Origin: Botryllus schlosseri
Taxonomy: Eukaryota
Direction of reading: 5' to 3'
Assembly: GCA_051294905.1 (NCBI GenBank)
Contig: CM119372.1
Span: forward strand, 10,976,001-11,040,000
DNA length: 64,000 nucleotides
In this document: positions 12,001 through 26,000 of the stretch, in pieces
Position numbering within the stretch: the first letter of the stretch is position 1
Layout: each line of letters begins with the position of its first letter
Made by a program: the position numbers and the translations under genes
Notes under the pieces: model-generated
What the model was told of the DNA's origin: nothing
Database searches by the model: none
What the model saw: only the letters and a program-made list of their open reading frames with translations

Positions 12001-14020
12001 ACCGCTTCCGTAGTGAGGTCCTCCGGTTGCGATTGCTTTAGCAGCGGCGTTGTTTCCGAAGTTAAGGTTAATTCCGCCCATACCCATGTTTGCGAAGAGG
12101 TCGCCGTATTGTCCTTTGCCTCCGTCGGTGGTGACATCAACTGCAAGATCGCTATCGACGTGTGCGTCAGCGATGGCGAGAGTGTTGTCTGCTACATCGA
12201 CTTCGACGCCGTGACCGCCAGAATGATCACCGTCCACATTGACGCCGAGTCCCATTGGGCCCATGGCGAATTGGAATCCGTTGTTTGCGTTGGCGTGTGC
12301 AATAGCATCACCGCTTCCGTAGTGAGGTCCTCCGGTTGCGATTGCTTTAGCAGCGGCGTTGTTTCCGAAGTTAAGGTTAATTCCGCCCATACCCATGTTT
12401 GCGAAGAGGTCGCCGTATTGTCCTTTGCCTCCGTCGGTGGTGACATCAACTGCAAGATCGCTATCGACGTGTGCGTCAGCGATGGCGAGAGTGTTGTCTG
12501 CTACATCGACTTCGACGCCGTGATCGCCTGAATGATCACCGTCCACATTGACGCCGAGTCCCATTGGGCCCATGGCGAATTGGAATCCGTTGTTTGCGTT
12601 GGCGTGTGCAATAGCATCACCGCTTCCGTAGTGAGGTCCTCCGGTTGCGATTGCTTTAGCAGCGGCGTTGTTTCCGAAGTTAAGGTTAATTCCGCCCATA
12701 CCCATGTTTGCGAAGAGGTCGCCGTATTGTCCTTTGCCTCCGTCGGTGGTGACATCAACTGCAAGATCGCTATCGACGTGTGCGTCAGCGATGGCGAGAG
12801 TGTTGTCTGCTACATCGACTTCGACGCCGTGACCGCCAGAATGATCACCGTCCACATTGACGCCGAGTCCCATTGGGCCCATGGCGAATTGGAATCCGTT
12901 GTTTGCGTTGGCGTGTGCAATAGCATCACCGCTTCCGTAGTGAGGTCCTCCGGTTGCGATTGCTTTAGCAGCGGCGTTGTTTCCGAAGTTAAGGTTAATT
13001 CCGCCCATACCCATGTTTGCGAAGAGGTCGCCGTATTGTCCTTTGCCTCCGTCGGTGGTGACATCAACTGCAAGATCGCTATCGACGTGTGCATCAGCGA
13101 CGGCGAGAGTGTTGTCTGCTACATCGACTTCGACGCCGTGACCGCCAGAATGATCACCGTCCACATTGACGCCGAGTCCCATTGGGCCCATGGCGAATTG
13201 GAATCCGTTGTTTGCGTTGGCGTGTGCAATAGCATCACCGCTTCCGTAGTGAGGTCCTCCGGTTGCGATTGCTTTAGCAGCGGCGTTGTTTCCGAAGTTA
13301 AGGTTAATTCCGCCCATACCCATGTTTGCGAAGAGGTCGCCGTATTGTCCTTTGCCTCCGTCGGTGGTGACATCAACTGCAAGATCGCTATCGACGTGTG
13401 CGTCAGCGATGGCGAGAGTGTTGTCTGCTACATCGACTTCGACGCCGTGACCGCCAGAATGATCACCGTCCACATTGACGCCGAGTCCCATTGGGCCCAT
13501 GGCGAATTGGAATCCGTTGTTTGCGTTGGCGTGTGCAATAGCATCACCGCTTCCGTAGTGAGGTCCTCCGGTTGCGATTGCTTTAGCAGCGGCGTTGTTT
13601 CCGAAGTTAAGGTGAATTCCGCCCATACCCATGTTTGCGAAGAGGTCGCCGTATTGTCCTTTGCCTCCGTCGGTGGTGACATCAACTGCAAGATCGCTAT
13701 CGACGTGTGCGTCAGCGATGGCGAGAGTGTTGTCTGCTACATCGACTTCGACGCCGTGACCGCCAGAATGATCACCGTCCACATTGACGCCGAGTCCCAT
13801 TGGTCCCATGGCGAATTGGAATCCGTTGTTTGCGTTGGCGTGTGCAATAGCATCACCGCTTCCGTAGTGAGGTCCTCCGGTTGCGATTGCTTTAGCAGCG
13901 GCGTTGTTTCCGAAGTTAAGGTTAATTCCGCCCATACCCATGTTTGCGAAGAGGTCGCCGTATTGTCCTTTGCCTCCGTCGGTGGTGACATCAACTGCAA
14001 GATCGCTATCGACGTGTGCG
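1..14020. repeat. Type-A unit block (~45 near-identical units; C-terminal side of the visible protein)
   Basis: Diagnostic + strand states: catggcgaa, gtgtgcaat, ggttgcgattgc, gtttccgaa, catgtttgc, tccgtcggt, gctatcgac, gatggcgag, gacttcgac, cacattgacgccgag. Last A marker ~14008; first B marker (gatagc) ~14029. Confidence 0.95.
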
Positions 14021-17000
14021 TCAGCGATAGCGAGAGTGTTGTCTGCTACATCGACATCGACGCCGTGACCGCCAGAATGATCACCGTCCACGTTGACGGC
14101 GAGTCCCATTGGGCCCATGCCGAATTGGAATCCGTTGTTTGCGTTGGCGTGAGCAATAGCGTCACCGCTTGCGTAGTGAGGGCCTCCGGCTGCGATCGCT
14201 TTAGCAGCGGCGTTGTTTGCGAAGTTAAGGTTAATTCCGCCCATACCCATGCTTGCGAAGAGGTCGCCGTATTGTCCTTTGCCTCCTTCGGTGGTGACAT
14301 CAACTGCAAGATCGCTGTCGACGTGTGCGTCAGCGATAGCGAGAGTGTTGTCTGCTACATCGACATCGACGCCGTGACCGCCAGAATGATCACCGTCCAC
14401 GTTGACGGCGAGTCCCATTGGGCCCATGCCGAATCGGAAACCGTTGTTTGCGTTGGCGTGAGCAATAGCGTCACCGCTTCCGTAGTGAGGTCCTCCGGAT
14501 GCGATCGCTTTAGCAGCGGCGTTGTTCGCGAAGTTAAGGTTAATTCCGCCCATACCCATGCTTGCGAAGAGGTCGCCGTATTGTCCTTTGCCTCCTTCGG
14601 TGGTGACATCAACTGCAAGATCGCTGTCGACGTGTGCGTCAGCGATAGCGAGAGTGTTGTCTGCTACATCGACATCGACGCCGTGACCGCCAGAATGATC
14701 ACCGTCCACGTTGACGGCGAGTCCCATTGGGCCCATGCCGAATTGGAATCCGTTGTTTGCGTTGGCGTGAGCAATGGCGTCACCGCTTCCGTAGTGAGGT
14801 CCTCCGGCTGCGATCGCTTTAGCAGCGGCGTTGTTTGCGAAGTTAAGGTTAATTCCGCCCATACCCATGCTTGCGAAGAGGTCGCCGTATTTTCCTTTGC
14901 CTCCTTCGGTGGTGACATCAACTGCAAGATCGCTGTCGACGTGTGCGTCAGCGATAGCGAGAGTGTTGTCTGCTACATCGACATCGACGCCGTGACCGCC
15001 AGAATGATCACCGTCCACGTTGACGGCGAGTCCCATTGGGCCCATGCCGAATTGGAATCCGTTGTTTGCGTTGGCGTGAGCAATAGCGTCACCGCTTCCG
15101 TAGTGAGGTCCTCCGGCTGCGATCGCTTTAGCAGCGGCGTTGTTAGCGAAGTTAAGGTTAATTCCGCCCATACCCATGCTTGCGAAGAGGTCGCCGTATT
15201 GTCCTTTGCCTCCTTCGGTGGTGACATCAACTGCAAGATCGCTGTCGACGTGTGCGTCAGCGATAGCGAGAGTGTTGTCTGCTACATCGACATCGACGCC
15301 GTGACCGCCAGAATGATCACCGTCCACGTTGACGGCGAGTCCCATTGGGCCCATGCCGAATTGGAATCCGTTGTTTGCGTTTGCGTGAGCAATAGCGTCA
15401 CCGCTTCCGTAGTGAGGTCCTCCGGCTGCGATCGCTTTAGCAGCGGCGTTGTTAGCGAAGTTAAGGTTAACTCCGCCCATACCCATGCTTGCGAAGAGGT
15501 CGCCGTATTGTCCTTTGCCTCCTTCGGTGGTGACATCAACTGCAAGATCGCTGTCGACGTGTGCGTCAGCGATAGCGAGAGTGTTGTCTGCTACATCGAC
15601 ATCGACGCCGTGACCGCCAGAATGATCACCGTCCACGTTGACGGCGAGTCCCATTGGGCCCATGCCGAATTGGAATCCGTTGTTTGCGTTGGCATGAGCA
15701 ATAGCGTCACCGCTTCCGTAGTGAGGTCCTCCGGCTGCGATCGCTTTAGCAGCGGCGTTGTTTGCGAAGTTAAGGTTAATTCCGCCCATACCCATGCTTG
15801 CGAAGAGGTCGCCGTATTGTCCTTTGCCTCCTTCGGTGGTGACATCAACTGCAAGATCGCTGTCGACGTGTGCGTCAGCGATAGCGAGAGTGTTGTCTGC
15901 TACATCGACATCGACGCCGTGACCACCAGAATGATCACCGTCCACGTTGACGGCGAGTCCCATTGGGCCCATGCCGAATTGGAATTCGTTGTTTGCGTTG
16001 GCGTGAGCAATAGCGTCACCGCTTCCGTAGTGAGGTCCTCCGGCTGCGATCGCTTTAGCAGCGGCGTTGTTTGCGAAGTTAAGGTTAATTCCGCCCATAC
16101 CCATGCTTGCGAAGAGGTCGCCGTATTGTCCTTTGCCTCCTTCGGTGGTGACATCAACGGCAAGATCGCTGTCGACGTGTGCGTCAGCGATAGCGAGAGT
16201 ATTGTCTGCGATATCGACATCGACGCCGTGACCGCCAGAATGATCACCGTCCACGTTGACGGCGAGTCCCATTGGGCCCATGCCAAATTGGAATCCGTTG
16301 TTTGCGTTGGCGTGAGCAATAGCGTCACCGCTTCCGTAGTGAGGTCCTCCGGATGCGATCGCTTTAGCAGCGGCGTTGTTTGCGAAGTTAAGGTTAATTC
16401 CGCCCATACCCATGCTTGCGAAGATGTCGCCGTATTTTCCTTTGCCTCCTTCGGTGGTGACATCAACTGCAAGATCGCTGTCGACGTGTGCGTCAGCGAT
16501 AGCGAGAGTGTTGTCTGCTACATCGACATCGACGCCGTGACCGCCAGAATGATCACCGTCCATGTTGACGGCGAGTCCCATTGGGCCCATGCCGAATTGG
16601 AATCCGTTGTTTGCGTTGGCGTGAGCAATAGCGTCACCGCTTCCGTAGTGAGGTCCTCCGGCTGCGATCGCTTTAGCAGCGGCGTTGTTTGCGAAGTTAA
16701 GGTTAATTCCGCCCATACCCATGCTTGCGAAGAGGTCGCCGTATTGTCCTTTGCCTCCTTCGGTGGTGACATCAACTGCAAGATCGCTGTCGACGTGTGC
16801 GTCAGCGATAGCGAGAGTGTTGTCTGCTACATCGACATTGACGCCGTGACCGCCAGAATGATCACCGTCCACGTTGACGGCGAGTCCCATTGGGCCCATG
16901 CCGAATTGGAATCCGTTGTTTGCGTTGGCGTGAGCAATAGCGTCACCGCTTCCGTAGTGAGGTCCTCCGGCTGCGATCGCTTTAGCAGCGGCGTTGTTTG

Positions 17001-20000
17001 CGAAGTTAAGGTTAATTCCGCCCATACCCATGCTTGCGAAGAGGTCGCCGTATTGTCCTTTGCCTCCTTCGGTGGTGACATCAACTGCAAGATCGCTGTC
17101 AACGTGTGCGTCAGCGATAGCGAGAGTATTGTCTGCGATATCGACATCGACGCCGTGACCGCCAGAATGATCACCGTCCACGTTGACGGCGAGTCCCATT
17201 GGGCCCATGCCGAATTGGAATCCGTTGTTTGCGTTGGCGTGAGCAATAGCGTCACCGCTTCCGTAGTGAGGTCCTCCGGATGCGATCGCTTTAGCAGCGG
17301 CGTTGTTCGCGAAGTTAAGGTTAATTCCGCCCATACCCATGCTTGCGAAGAGGTCGCCGTATTTTCCTTTGCCTCCTTCGGTGGTGACATCAACTGCAAG
17401 ATCGCTGTCGACGTGTGCGTCAGCGATAGCGAGAGTGGTGTCTGCTACATCGACATCGACGCCGTGACCGCCAGAATGATCACCGTCCACATTGACGGCG
17501 AGTCCCATTGGGCCCATGCCGAATTGGAATTCGTTGTTTGCGTTGGCGTGTGCAATAGCATCACCGCTTCCGTAGTGAGGTCCTCCGGTTGCGATTGCTT
17601 TAGCAGCGGCGTTGTTTCCGAAGTTAAGGTTAATTCCGCCCATACCCATGTTTGCGAAGAGGTCGCCGTATTGTCCTTTGCCTCCGTCGGTGGTAACATC
17701 AACTGCAAGATCGCTATCGACGTGTGCGTCAGCGATGGCGAGAGTGTTGTCTGCTACATCGACTTCGACGCCGTGACCGCCAGAATGATCACCGTCCACA
17801 TTGACGCCGAGTCCCATTGGGCCCATGGCGAATTGGAATCCGTTGTTTGCGTTGGCGTGTGCAATGGCATCACCGCTTCCGTAGTGAGGTCCTCCGGTTG
17901 CGATTGCTTTAGCAGCGGCGTTGTTTCCGAAGTTAAGGTTAATTCCGCCCATACCCATGTTTGCGAAGAGGTCGCCGTATTGTCCTTTGCCTCCGTCGGT
18001 GATGACTTCAACTGCAAGATCGCTATCGACGTGTGCGTCAGCGATGGCGAGAGTGTTGTCTGCTACATCGACATCGACGCCGTGACCGCCAGAATGATCA
18101 CCGTCCACATTGACGCCGAGTCCCATTGGGCCCATGGCGAATTGGAATCCGTTGTTTGCGTTGGCGTGTGCAATAGCATCACCGCTTCCGTAGTGAGGTC
18201 CTCCGGTTGCGATTGCTTTAGCAGCGGCGTTGTTTCCGAAGTTAAGGTTAATTCCGCCCATACCCATGTTTGCGAAGAGGTCGCCGTATTGTCCTTTGCT
18301 TCCTTCGGTGGTGACATCAACTGCAAGATCGCTGTCGACGTGTGCGTCAGCGATAGCGAGAGTATTGTCTGCGATATCGACATCGACGCCGTGACCGCCA
18401 GAATGATCACCGTCCACGTTGACGGCGAGTCCCATTGGGCCCATGCCGAATTGGAATCCGTTGTTTGCGTTGGCGTGAGCAATAGCGTCACCGCTTCCGT
18501 AGTGAGGTCCTCCGGCTGCGATCGCTTTAGCAGCGGCGTTGTTTGCGAAGTTAAGGTTAATTCCGCCCATACCCATGCTTGCGAAGAGGTCGCCGTATTG
18601 TCCTTTGCCTCCTTCGGTGGTGACATCAACTGCAAGATCGCTGTCGACGTGTGCGTCAGCGATAGCGAGAGTGTTGTCTGCGATATCGACATCGACGCCG
18701 TGACCACCAGAATGATCACCGTCCACGTTGACGGCGAGTCCCATTGGGCCCATGCCGAATTGGAATCCGTTGTTTGCGTTGGCGTGAGCAATAGCGTCAC
18801 CGCTTCCGTAGTGAGGTCCTCCGGCTGCGATCGCTTTAGCAGCGGCGTTGTTTGCGAAGTTAAGGTTAATTCCGCCCATACCCATGCTTGCGAAGAGGTC
18901 GCCGTATTGTCCTTTGCCTCCTTCGGTGGTGACATCAACTGCAAGATCGCTGTCGACGTGTGCGTCAGCGATAGCGAGAGTGTTGTCTGCTACATCGACA
19001 TCGACGCCGTGACCGCCAGAATGATCACCGTCCACGTTGACGGCGAGTCCCATTGGGCCCATGCCGAATTGGAATCCGTTGTTTGCGTTGGCGTGAGCAA
19101 TAGCGTCACCGCTTGCGTAGTGAGGGCCTCCGGCTGCGATCGCTTTAGCAGCGGCGTTGTTTGCGAAGTTAAGGTTAATTCCGCCCATACCCATGCTTGC
19201 GAAGAGGTCGCCGTATTGTCCTTTGCCTCCTTCGGTGGTGACATCAACTGCAAGATCGCTGTCGACGTGTGCGTCAGCGATAGCGAGAGTGTTGTCTGCT
19301 ACATCGACATCGACGCCGTGACCGCCAGAATGATCACCGTCCACGTTGACGGCGAGTCCCATTGGGCCCATGCCGAATCGGAAACCGTTGTTTGCGTTGG
19401 CGTGAGCAATAGCGTCACCGCTTCCGTAGTGAGGTCCTCCGGATGCGATCGCTTTAGCAGCGGCGTTGTTCGCGAAGTTAAGGTTAATTCCGCCCATACC
19501 CATGCTTGCGAAGAGGTCGCCGTATTGTCCTTTGCCTCCTTCGGTGGTGACATCAACTGCAAGATCGCTGTCGACGTGTGCGTCAGCGATAGCGAGAGTG
19601 TTGTCTGCTACATCGACATCGACGCCGTGACCGCCAGAATGATCACCGTCCACGTTGACGGCGAGTCCCATTGGGCCCATGCCGAATTGGAATCCGTTGT
19701 TTGCGTTGGCGTGAGCAATAGCGTCACCGCTTCCGTAGTGAGGTCCTCCGGCTGCGATCGCTTTAGCAGCGGCGTTGTTTGCGAAGTTAAGGTTAATTCC
19801 GCCCATACCCATGCTTGCGAAGAGGTCGCCGTATTTTCCTTTGCCTCCTTCGGTGGTGACATCAACTGCAAGATCGCTGTCGACGTGTGCGTCAGCGATA
19901 GCAAGAGTGTTGTCTGCTACATCGACATCGACGCCGTGACCGCCAGAATGATCACCGTCCACGTTGACGGCGAGTCCCATTGGGCCCATGCCGAATTGGA

Positions 20001-23000
20001 ATCCGTTGTTTGCGTTGGCGTGAGCAATAGCGTCACCGCTTCCGTAGTGAGGTCCTCCGGCTGCGATCGCTTTAGCAGCGGCGTTGTTAGCGAAGTTAAG
20101 GTTAATTCCGCCCATACCCATGCTTGCGAAGAGGTCGCCGTATTGTCCTTTGCCTCCTTCGGTGGTGACATCAACTGCAAGATCGCTGTCGACGTGTGCG
20201 TCAGCGATAGCGAGAGTGTTGTCTGCTACATCGACATCGACGCCGTGACCGCCAGAATGATCACCGTCCACGTTGACGGCGAGTCCCATTGGGCCCATGC
20301 CGAATTGGAATCCGTTGTTTGCGTTGGCGTGAGCAATAGCGTCACCGCTTCCGTAGTGAGGTCCTCCGGCTGCGATCGCTTTAGCAGCGGCGTTGTTAGC
20401 GAAGTTAAGGTTAACTCCGCCCATACCCATGCTTGCGAAGAGGTCGCCGTATTGTCCTTTGCCTCCTTCGGTGGTGACATCAACTGCAAGATCGCTGTCG
20501 ACGTGTGCGTCAGCGATAGCGAGAGTGTTGTCTGCTACATCGACATCGACGCCGTGACCGCCAGAATGATCACCGTCCACGTTGACGGCGAGTCCCATTG
20601 GGCCCATGCCGAATTGGAATCCGTTGTTTGCGTTGGCATGAGCAATAGCGTCACCGCTTCCGTAGTGAGGTCCTCCGGCTGCGATCGCTTTAGCAGCGGC
20701 GTTGTTTGCGAAGTTAAGGTTAATTCCGCCCATACCCATGCTTGCGAAGAGGTCGCCGTATTGTCCTTTGCCTCCTTCGGTGGTGACATCAACTGCAAGA
20801 TCGCTGTCGACGTGTGCGTCAGCGATAGCGAGAGTGTTGTCTGCTACATCGACATCGACGCCGTGACCACCAGAATGATCACCGTCCACGTTGACGGCGA
20901 GTCCCATTGGGCCCATGCCGAATTGGAATTCGTTGTTTGCGTTGGCGTGAGCAATAGCGTCACCGCTTCCGTAGTGAGGTCCTCCGGCTGCGATCGCTTT
21001 AGCAGCGGCGTTGTTTGCGAAGTTAAGGTTAATTCCGCCCATACCCATGCTTGCGAAGAGGTCGCCGTATTGTCCTTTGCCTCCTTCGGTGGTGACATCA
21101 ACGGCAAGATCGCTGTCGACGTGTGCGTCAGCGATAGCGAGAGTATTGTCTGCGATATCGACATCGACGCCGTGACCGCCAGAATGATCACCGTCCACGT
21201 TGACGGCGAGTCCCATTGGGCCCATGCCAAATTGGAATCCGTTGTTTGCGTTGGCGTGAGCAATAGCGTCACCGCTTCCGTAGTGAGGTCCTCCGGCTGC
21301 GATCGCTTTAGCAGCGGCGTTGTTAGCGAAGTTAAGGTTAATTCCGCCCATACCCATGCTTGCGAAGATGTCGCCGTATTTTCCTTTGCCTCCTTCGGTG
21401 GTGACATCAACTGCAAGATCGCTGTCGACGTGTGCGTCAGCGATAGCGAGAGTGTTGTCTGCTACATCGACATCGACGCCGTGACCGCCAGAATGATCAC
21501 CGTCCACATTGACGGCGAGTCCCATTGGACCCATGCCGAATTGGAATCCGTTGTTTGCGTTGGCGTGAGCAATAGCGTCACCGCTTCCGTAGTGAGGTCC
21601 TCCGGCTGCGATCGCTTTAGCAGCGGCGTTGTTAGCGAAGTTAAGGTTAATTCCACCCATACCCATGCTTGCGAAGAGGTCGCCGTATTGTCCTTTGCCT
21701 CCTTCGGTGGTGACATCAACTGCAAGATCGCTGTCGACGTGTGCGTCAGCGATAGCGAGAGTGTTGTCTGCTACATCGACATCGACGCCGTGACCGCCAG
21801 AATGATCACCGTCCATGTTGACGGCGAGTCCCATTGGGCCCATGCCGAATTGGAATCCGTTGTTTGCGTTGGCGTGAGCAATAGCGTCACCGCTTCCGTA
21901 GTGAGGTCCTCCGGCTGCGATCGCTTTAGCAGCGGCGTTGTTTGCGAAGTTAAGGTTAATTCCGCCCATACCCATGCTTGCGAAGAGGTCGCCGTATTGT
22001 CCTTTGCCTCCTTCGGTGGTGACATCAACTGCAAGATCGCTGTCGACGTGTGCGTCAGCGATAGCGAGAGTGTTGTCTGCTACATCGACATCGACGCCGT
22101 GGCCGCCAGAATGATCACCGTCCACGTTGACGGCGAGTCCCATTGGGCCCATGCCGAATTGGAATCCGTTGTTTGCGTTGGCGTGAGCAATAGCGTCACC
22201 GCTTCCGTAGTGAGGTCCTCCGGCTGCGATCGCTTTAGCAGCGGCGTTGTTAGCGAAGTTAAGGTTAATTCCGCCCATACCCATGCTTGCGAAGAGGTCG
22301 CCGTATTGTCCTTTGCCTCCTTCGGTGGTGACATCAACTGCAAGATCGCTGTCAACGTGTGCGTCAGCGATAGCGAGAGTATTGTCTGCGATATCGACAT
22401 CGACGCCGTGACCGCCAGAATGATCACCGTCCACGTTGACGGCGAGTCCCATTGGGCCCATGCCGAATTGGAATCCGTTGTTTGCGTTGGCGTGAGCAAT
22501 AGCGTCACCGCTTCCGTAGTGAGGTCCTCCGGCTGCGATCGCTTTAGCAGCGGCGTTGTTTGCGAAGTTAAGGTTAATTCCGCCCATACCCATGCTTGCG
22601 AAGAGGTCGCCGTATTGTCCTTTGCCTCCTTCGGTGGTGACATCAACTGCAAGATCGCTGTCGACGTGTGCGTCAGCGATAGCGAGAGTGTTGTCTGCTA
22701 CATCGACATCGACGCCGTGACCGCGAGAATGATCACCGTCCACGTTGACGGCGAGTCCCATTGGGCCCATGCCGAATTGGAATCCGTTGTTTGCGTTGGC
22801 GTGAGCAATAGCGTCACCGCTTCCGTAGTGAGGTCCTCCGGCTGCGATCGCTTTAGCAGCGGCGTTGTTTGCGAAGTTAAGGTTAATTCCGCCCATACCC
22901 ATGCTTGCGAAGAGGTCGCCGTATTGTCCTTTGCCTCCTTCGGTGGTGACATCAACTGCAAGATCGCTGTCGACGTGTGCGTCAGCGATAGCGAGAGTGT

Positions 23001-26000
23001 TGTCTGCTACATCGACATCGACGCCGTGACCGCCAGAATGATCACCGTCCACGTTGACGGCGAGTCCCATTGGGCCCATTCCGAATTGGAAACCGTTGTT
23101 TGCGTTGGCGTGAGCAATAGCGTCACCGCTTCCGTAGTGAGGTCCTCCGGATGCGATCGCTTTAGCAGCGGCGTTGTTCGCGAAGTTAAGGTTAATTCCG
23201 CCCATACCCATGCTTGCGAAGAGGTCGCCGTATTGTCCTTTGCCTCCTTCGGTGGTGACATCAACTGCAAGATCGCTGTCGACGTGTGCGTCAGCGATAG
23301 CGAGAGTGTTGTCTGCTACATCGACATCGACGCCGTGACCGCCAGAATGATCACCGTCCACGTTGACGGCGAGTCCCATTGGGCCCATGCCGAATTGGAA
23401 TCCGTTGTTTGCGTTGGCGTGAGCAATAGCGTCACCGCTTCCGTAGTGAGGTCCTCCGGCTGCGATCGCTTTAGCAGCGGCGTTGTTTGCGAAGTTAAGG
23501 TTAATTCCGCCCATACCCATGCTTGCGAAGAGGTCGCCGTATTTTCCTTTACCTCCTTCGGTGGTGACATCAACTGCAAGATCGCTGTCGACGTGTGCGT
23601 CAGCGATAGCGAGAGTGTTGTCTGCTACATCGACATCGACGCCGTGACCGCCAGAATGATCACCGTCCACGTTGACGGCGAGTCCCATTGGGCCCATGCC
23701 GAATTGGAATCCGTTGTTTGCGTTGGCGTGAGCAATAGCGTCACCGCTTCCGTAGTGAGGTCCTCCGGCTGCGATCGCTTTAGCAGCGGCGTTGTTTGCG
23801 AAGTTAAGGTTAATTCCGCCCATACCCATGCTTGCGAAGAGGTCGCCGTATTGTCCTTTGCCTCCTTCGGTGGTGACATCAACTGCAAGATCGCTGTCGA
23901 CGTGTGCGTCAGCGATAGCGAGAGTGTTGTCTGCTACATCGACATCGACGCCGTGACCGCCAGAATGATCACCGTCCACGTTGACGGCGAGTCCCATTGG
24001 GCCCATGCCGAATTGGAATCCGTTGTTTGCGTTGGCGTGAGCAATAGCGTCACCGCTTCCGTAGTGAGGTCCTCCGGATGCGATCGCTTTAGCAGCGGCG
24101 TTGTTCGCGAAGTTAAGGTTAATTCCGCCCATACCCATGCTTGCGAAGAGGTCGCCGTATTGTCCTTTGCCTCCTTCGGTGGTGACATCAACTGCAAGAT
24201 CGCTGTCGACGTGTGCGTCAGCGATAGCGAGAGTGTTGTCTGCTACATCGACATCGACGCCGTGACCGCCAGAATGATCACCGTCCACGTTGACGGCGAG
24301 TCCCATTGGGCCCATGCCGAATTGGAATCCGTTGTTTGCGTTGGCGTGAGCAATAGCGTCACCGCTTCCGTAGTGAGGTCCTCCGGATGCGATCGCTTTA
24401 GCAGCGGCGTTGTTCGCGAAGTTAAGGTTAATTCCGCCCATACCCATGCTTGCGAAGAGGTCGCCGTGTTGTCCTTTGCCTCCTTCGGTGGTGACATCAA
24501 CTGCAAGATCGCTGTCGACGTGTGCGTCAGCGATAGCGAGAGTGTTGTCTGCTACATCGACATCGACGCCGTGACCGCCAGAATGATCACCGTCCACGTT
24601 GACGGCGAGTCCCATTGGGCCCATGCCGAATTGGAATCCGTTGTTTGCGTTGGCGTGAGCAATAGCGTCACCGCTTCCGTAGTGAGGTCCTCCGGCTGCG
24701 ATCGCTTTAGCAGCGGCGTTGTTTGCGAAGTTAAGGTTAATTCCGCCCATACCCATGCTTGCGAAGAGGTCGCCGTATTTTCCTTTGCCTCCTTCGGTGG
24801 TGACATCAACTGCAAGATCGCTGTCGACGTGTGCGTCAGCGATAGCGAGAGTGTTGTCTGCTACATCGACATCGACGCCGTGACCGCCAGAATGATCACC
24901 GTCCACGTTGACGGCGAGTCCCATTGGGCCCATGCCGAATTGGAATCCGTTGTTTGCGTTGGCGTGAGCAATAGCGTCACCGCTTCCGTAGTGAGGTCCT
25001 CCGGCTGCGATCGCTTTAGCAGCGGCGTTGTTTGCGAAGTTAAGGTTAATTCCGCCCATACCCATGCTTGCGAAGAGGTCGCCGTATTGTCCTTTGCCTC
25101 CTTCGGTGGTGACATCAACTGCAAGATCGCTGTCGACGTGTGCGTCAGCGATGGCGAGAGTATTGTCTGCTACATCGACATTGACGCCGTGACCGCCAGA
25201 ATGATCATCGTCCACGTTGACGGCGAGTCCCATTGGGCCCATGCCGAATTGGAATCCGTTGTTTGCGTTGGCGTGAGCAATAGCGTCACCGCTTCCGTAG
25301 TGAGGTCCTCCGGCTGCGATCGCTTTAGCAGCGGCGTTGTTTGCGAAGTTAAGGTTAATTCCGCCCATACCCATGCTTGCGAAGAGGTCGCCGTATTGTC
25401 CTTTGCCTCCTTCGGTGGTGACATCAACTGCAAGATCGCTGTCGACGTGTGCGTCAGCGATAGCGAGAGTATTGTCTGCGATATCGACATCGACGCCGTG
25501 ACCGCCAGAATGATCACCGTCCACGTTGACGGCGAGTCCCATTGGGCCCATGCCGAATTGGAATCCGTTGTTTGCGTTGGCGTGAGCAATAGCGTCACCG
25601 CTTCCGTAGTGAGGTCCTCCGGATGCGATCGCTTTAGCAGCGGCGTTGTTCGCGAAGTTAAGGTTAATTCCGCCCATACCCATGCTTGCGAAGAGGTCGC
25701 CGTATTGTCCTTTGCCTCCTTCGGTGGTGACATCAACTGCAAGATCGCTGTCGACGTGTGCGTCAGCGATAGCGAGAGTATTGTCTGCGATATCGACATC
25801 GACGCCGTGACCGCCAGAATGATCACCGTCCACGTTGACGGCGAGTCCCATTGGGCCCATGCCGAATTGGAATCCGTTGTTTGCGTTGGCGTGAGCAATA
25901 GCGTCACCGCTTCCGTAGTGAGGTCCTCCGGATGCGATCGCTTTAGCAGCGGCGTTGTTCGCGAAGTTAAGGTTAATTCCGCCCATACCCATGCTTGCGA

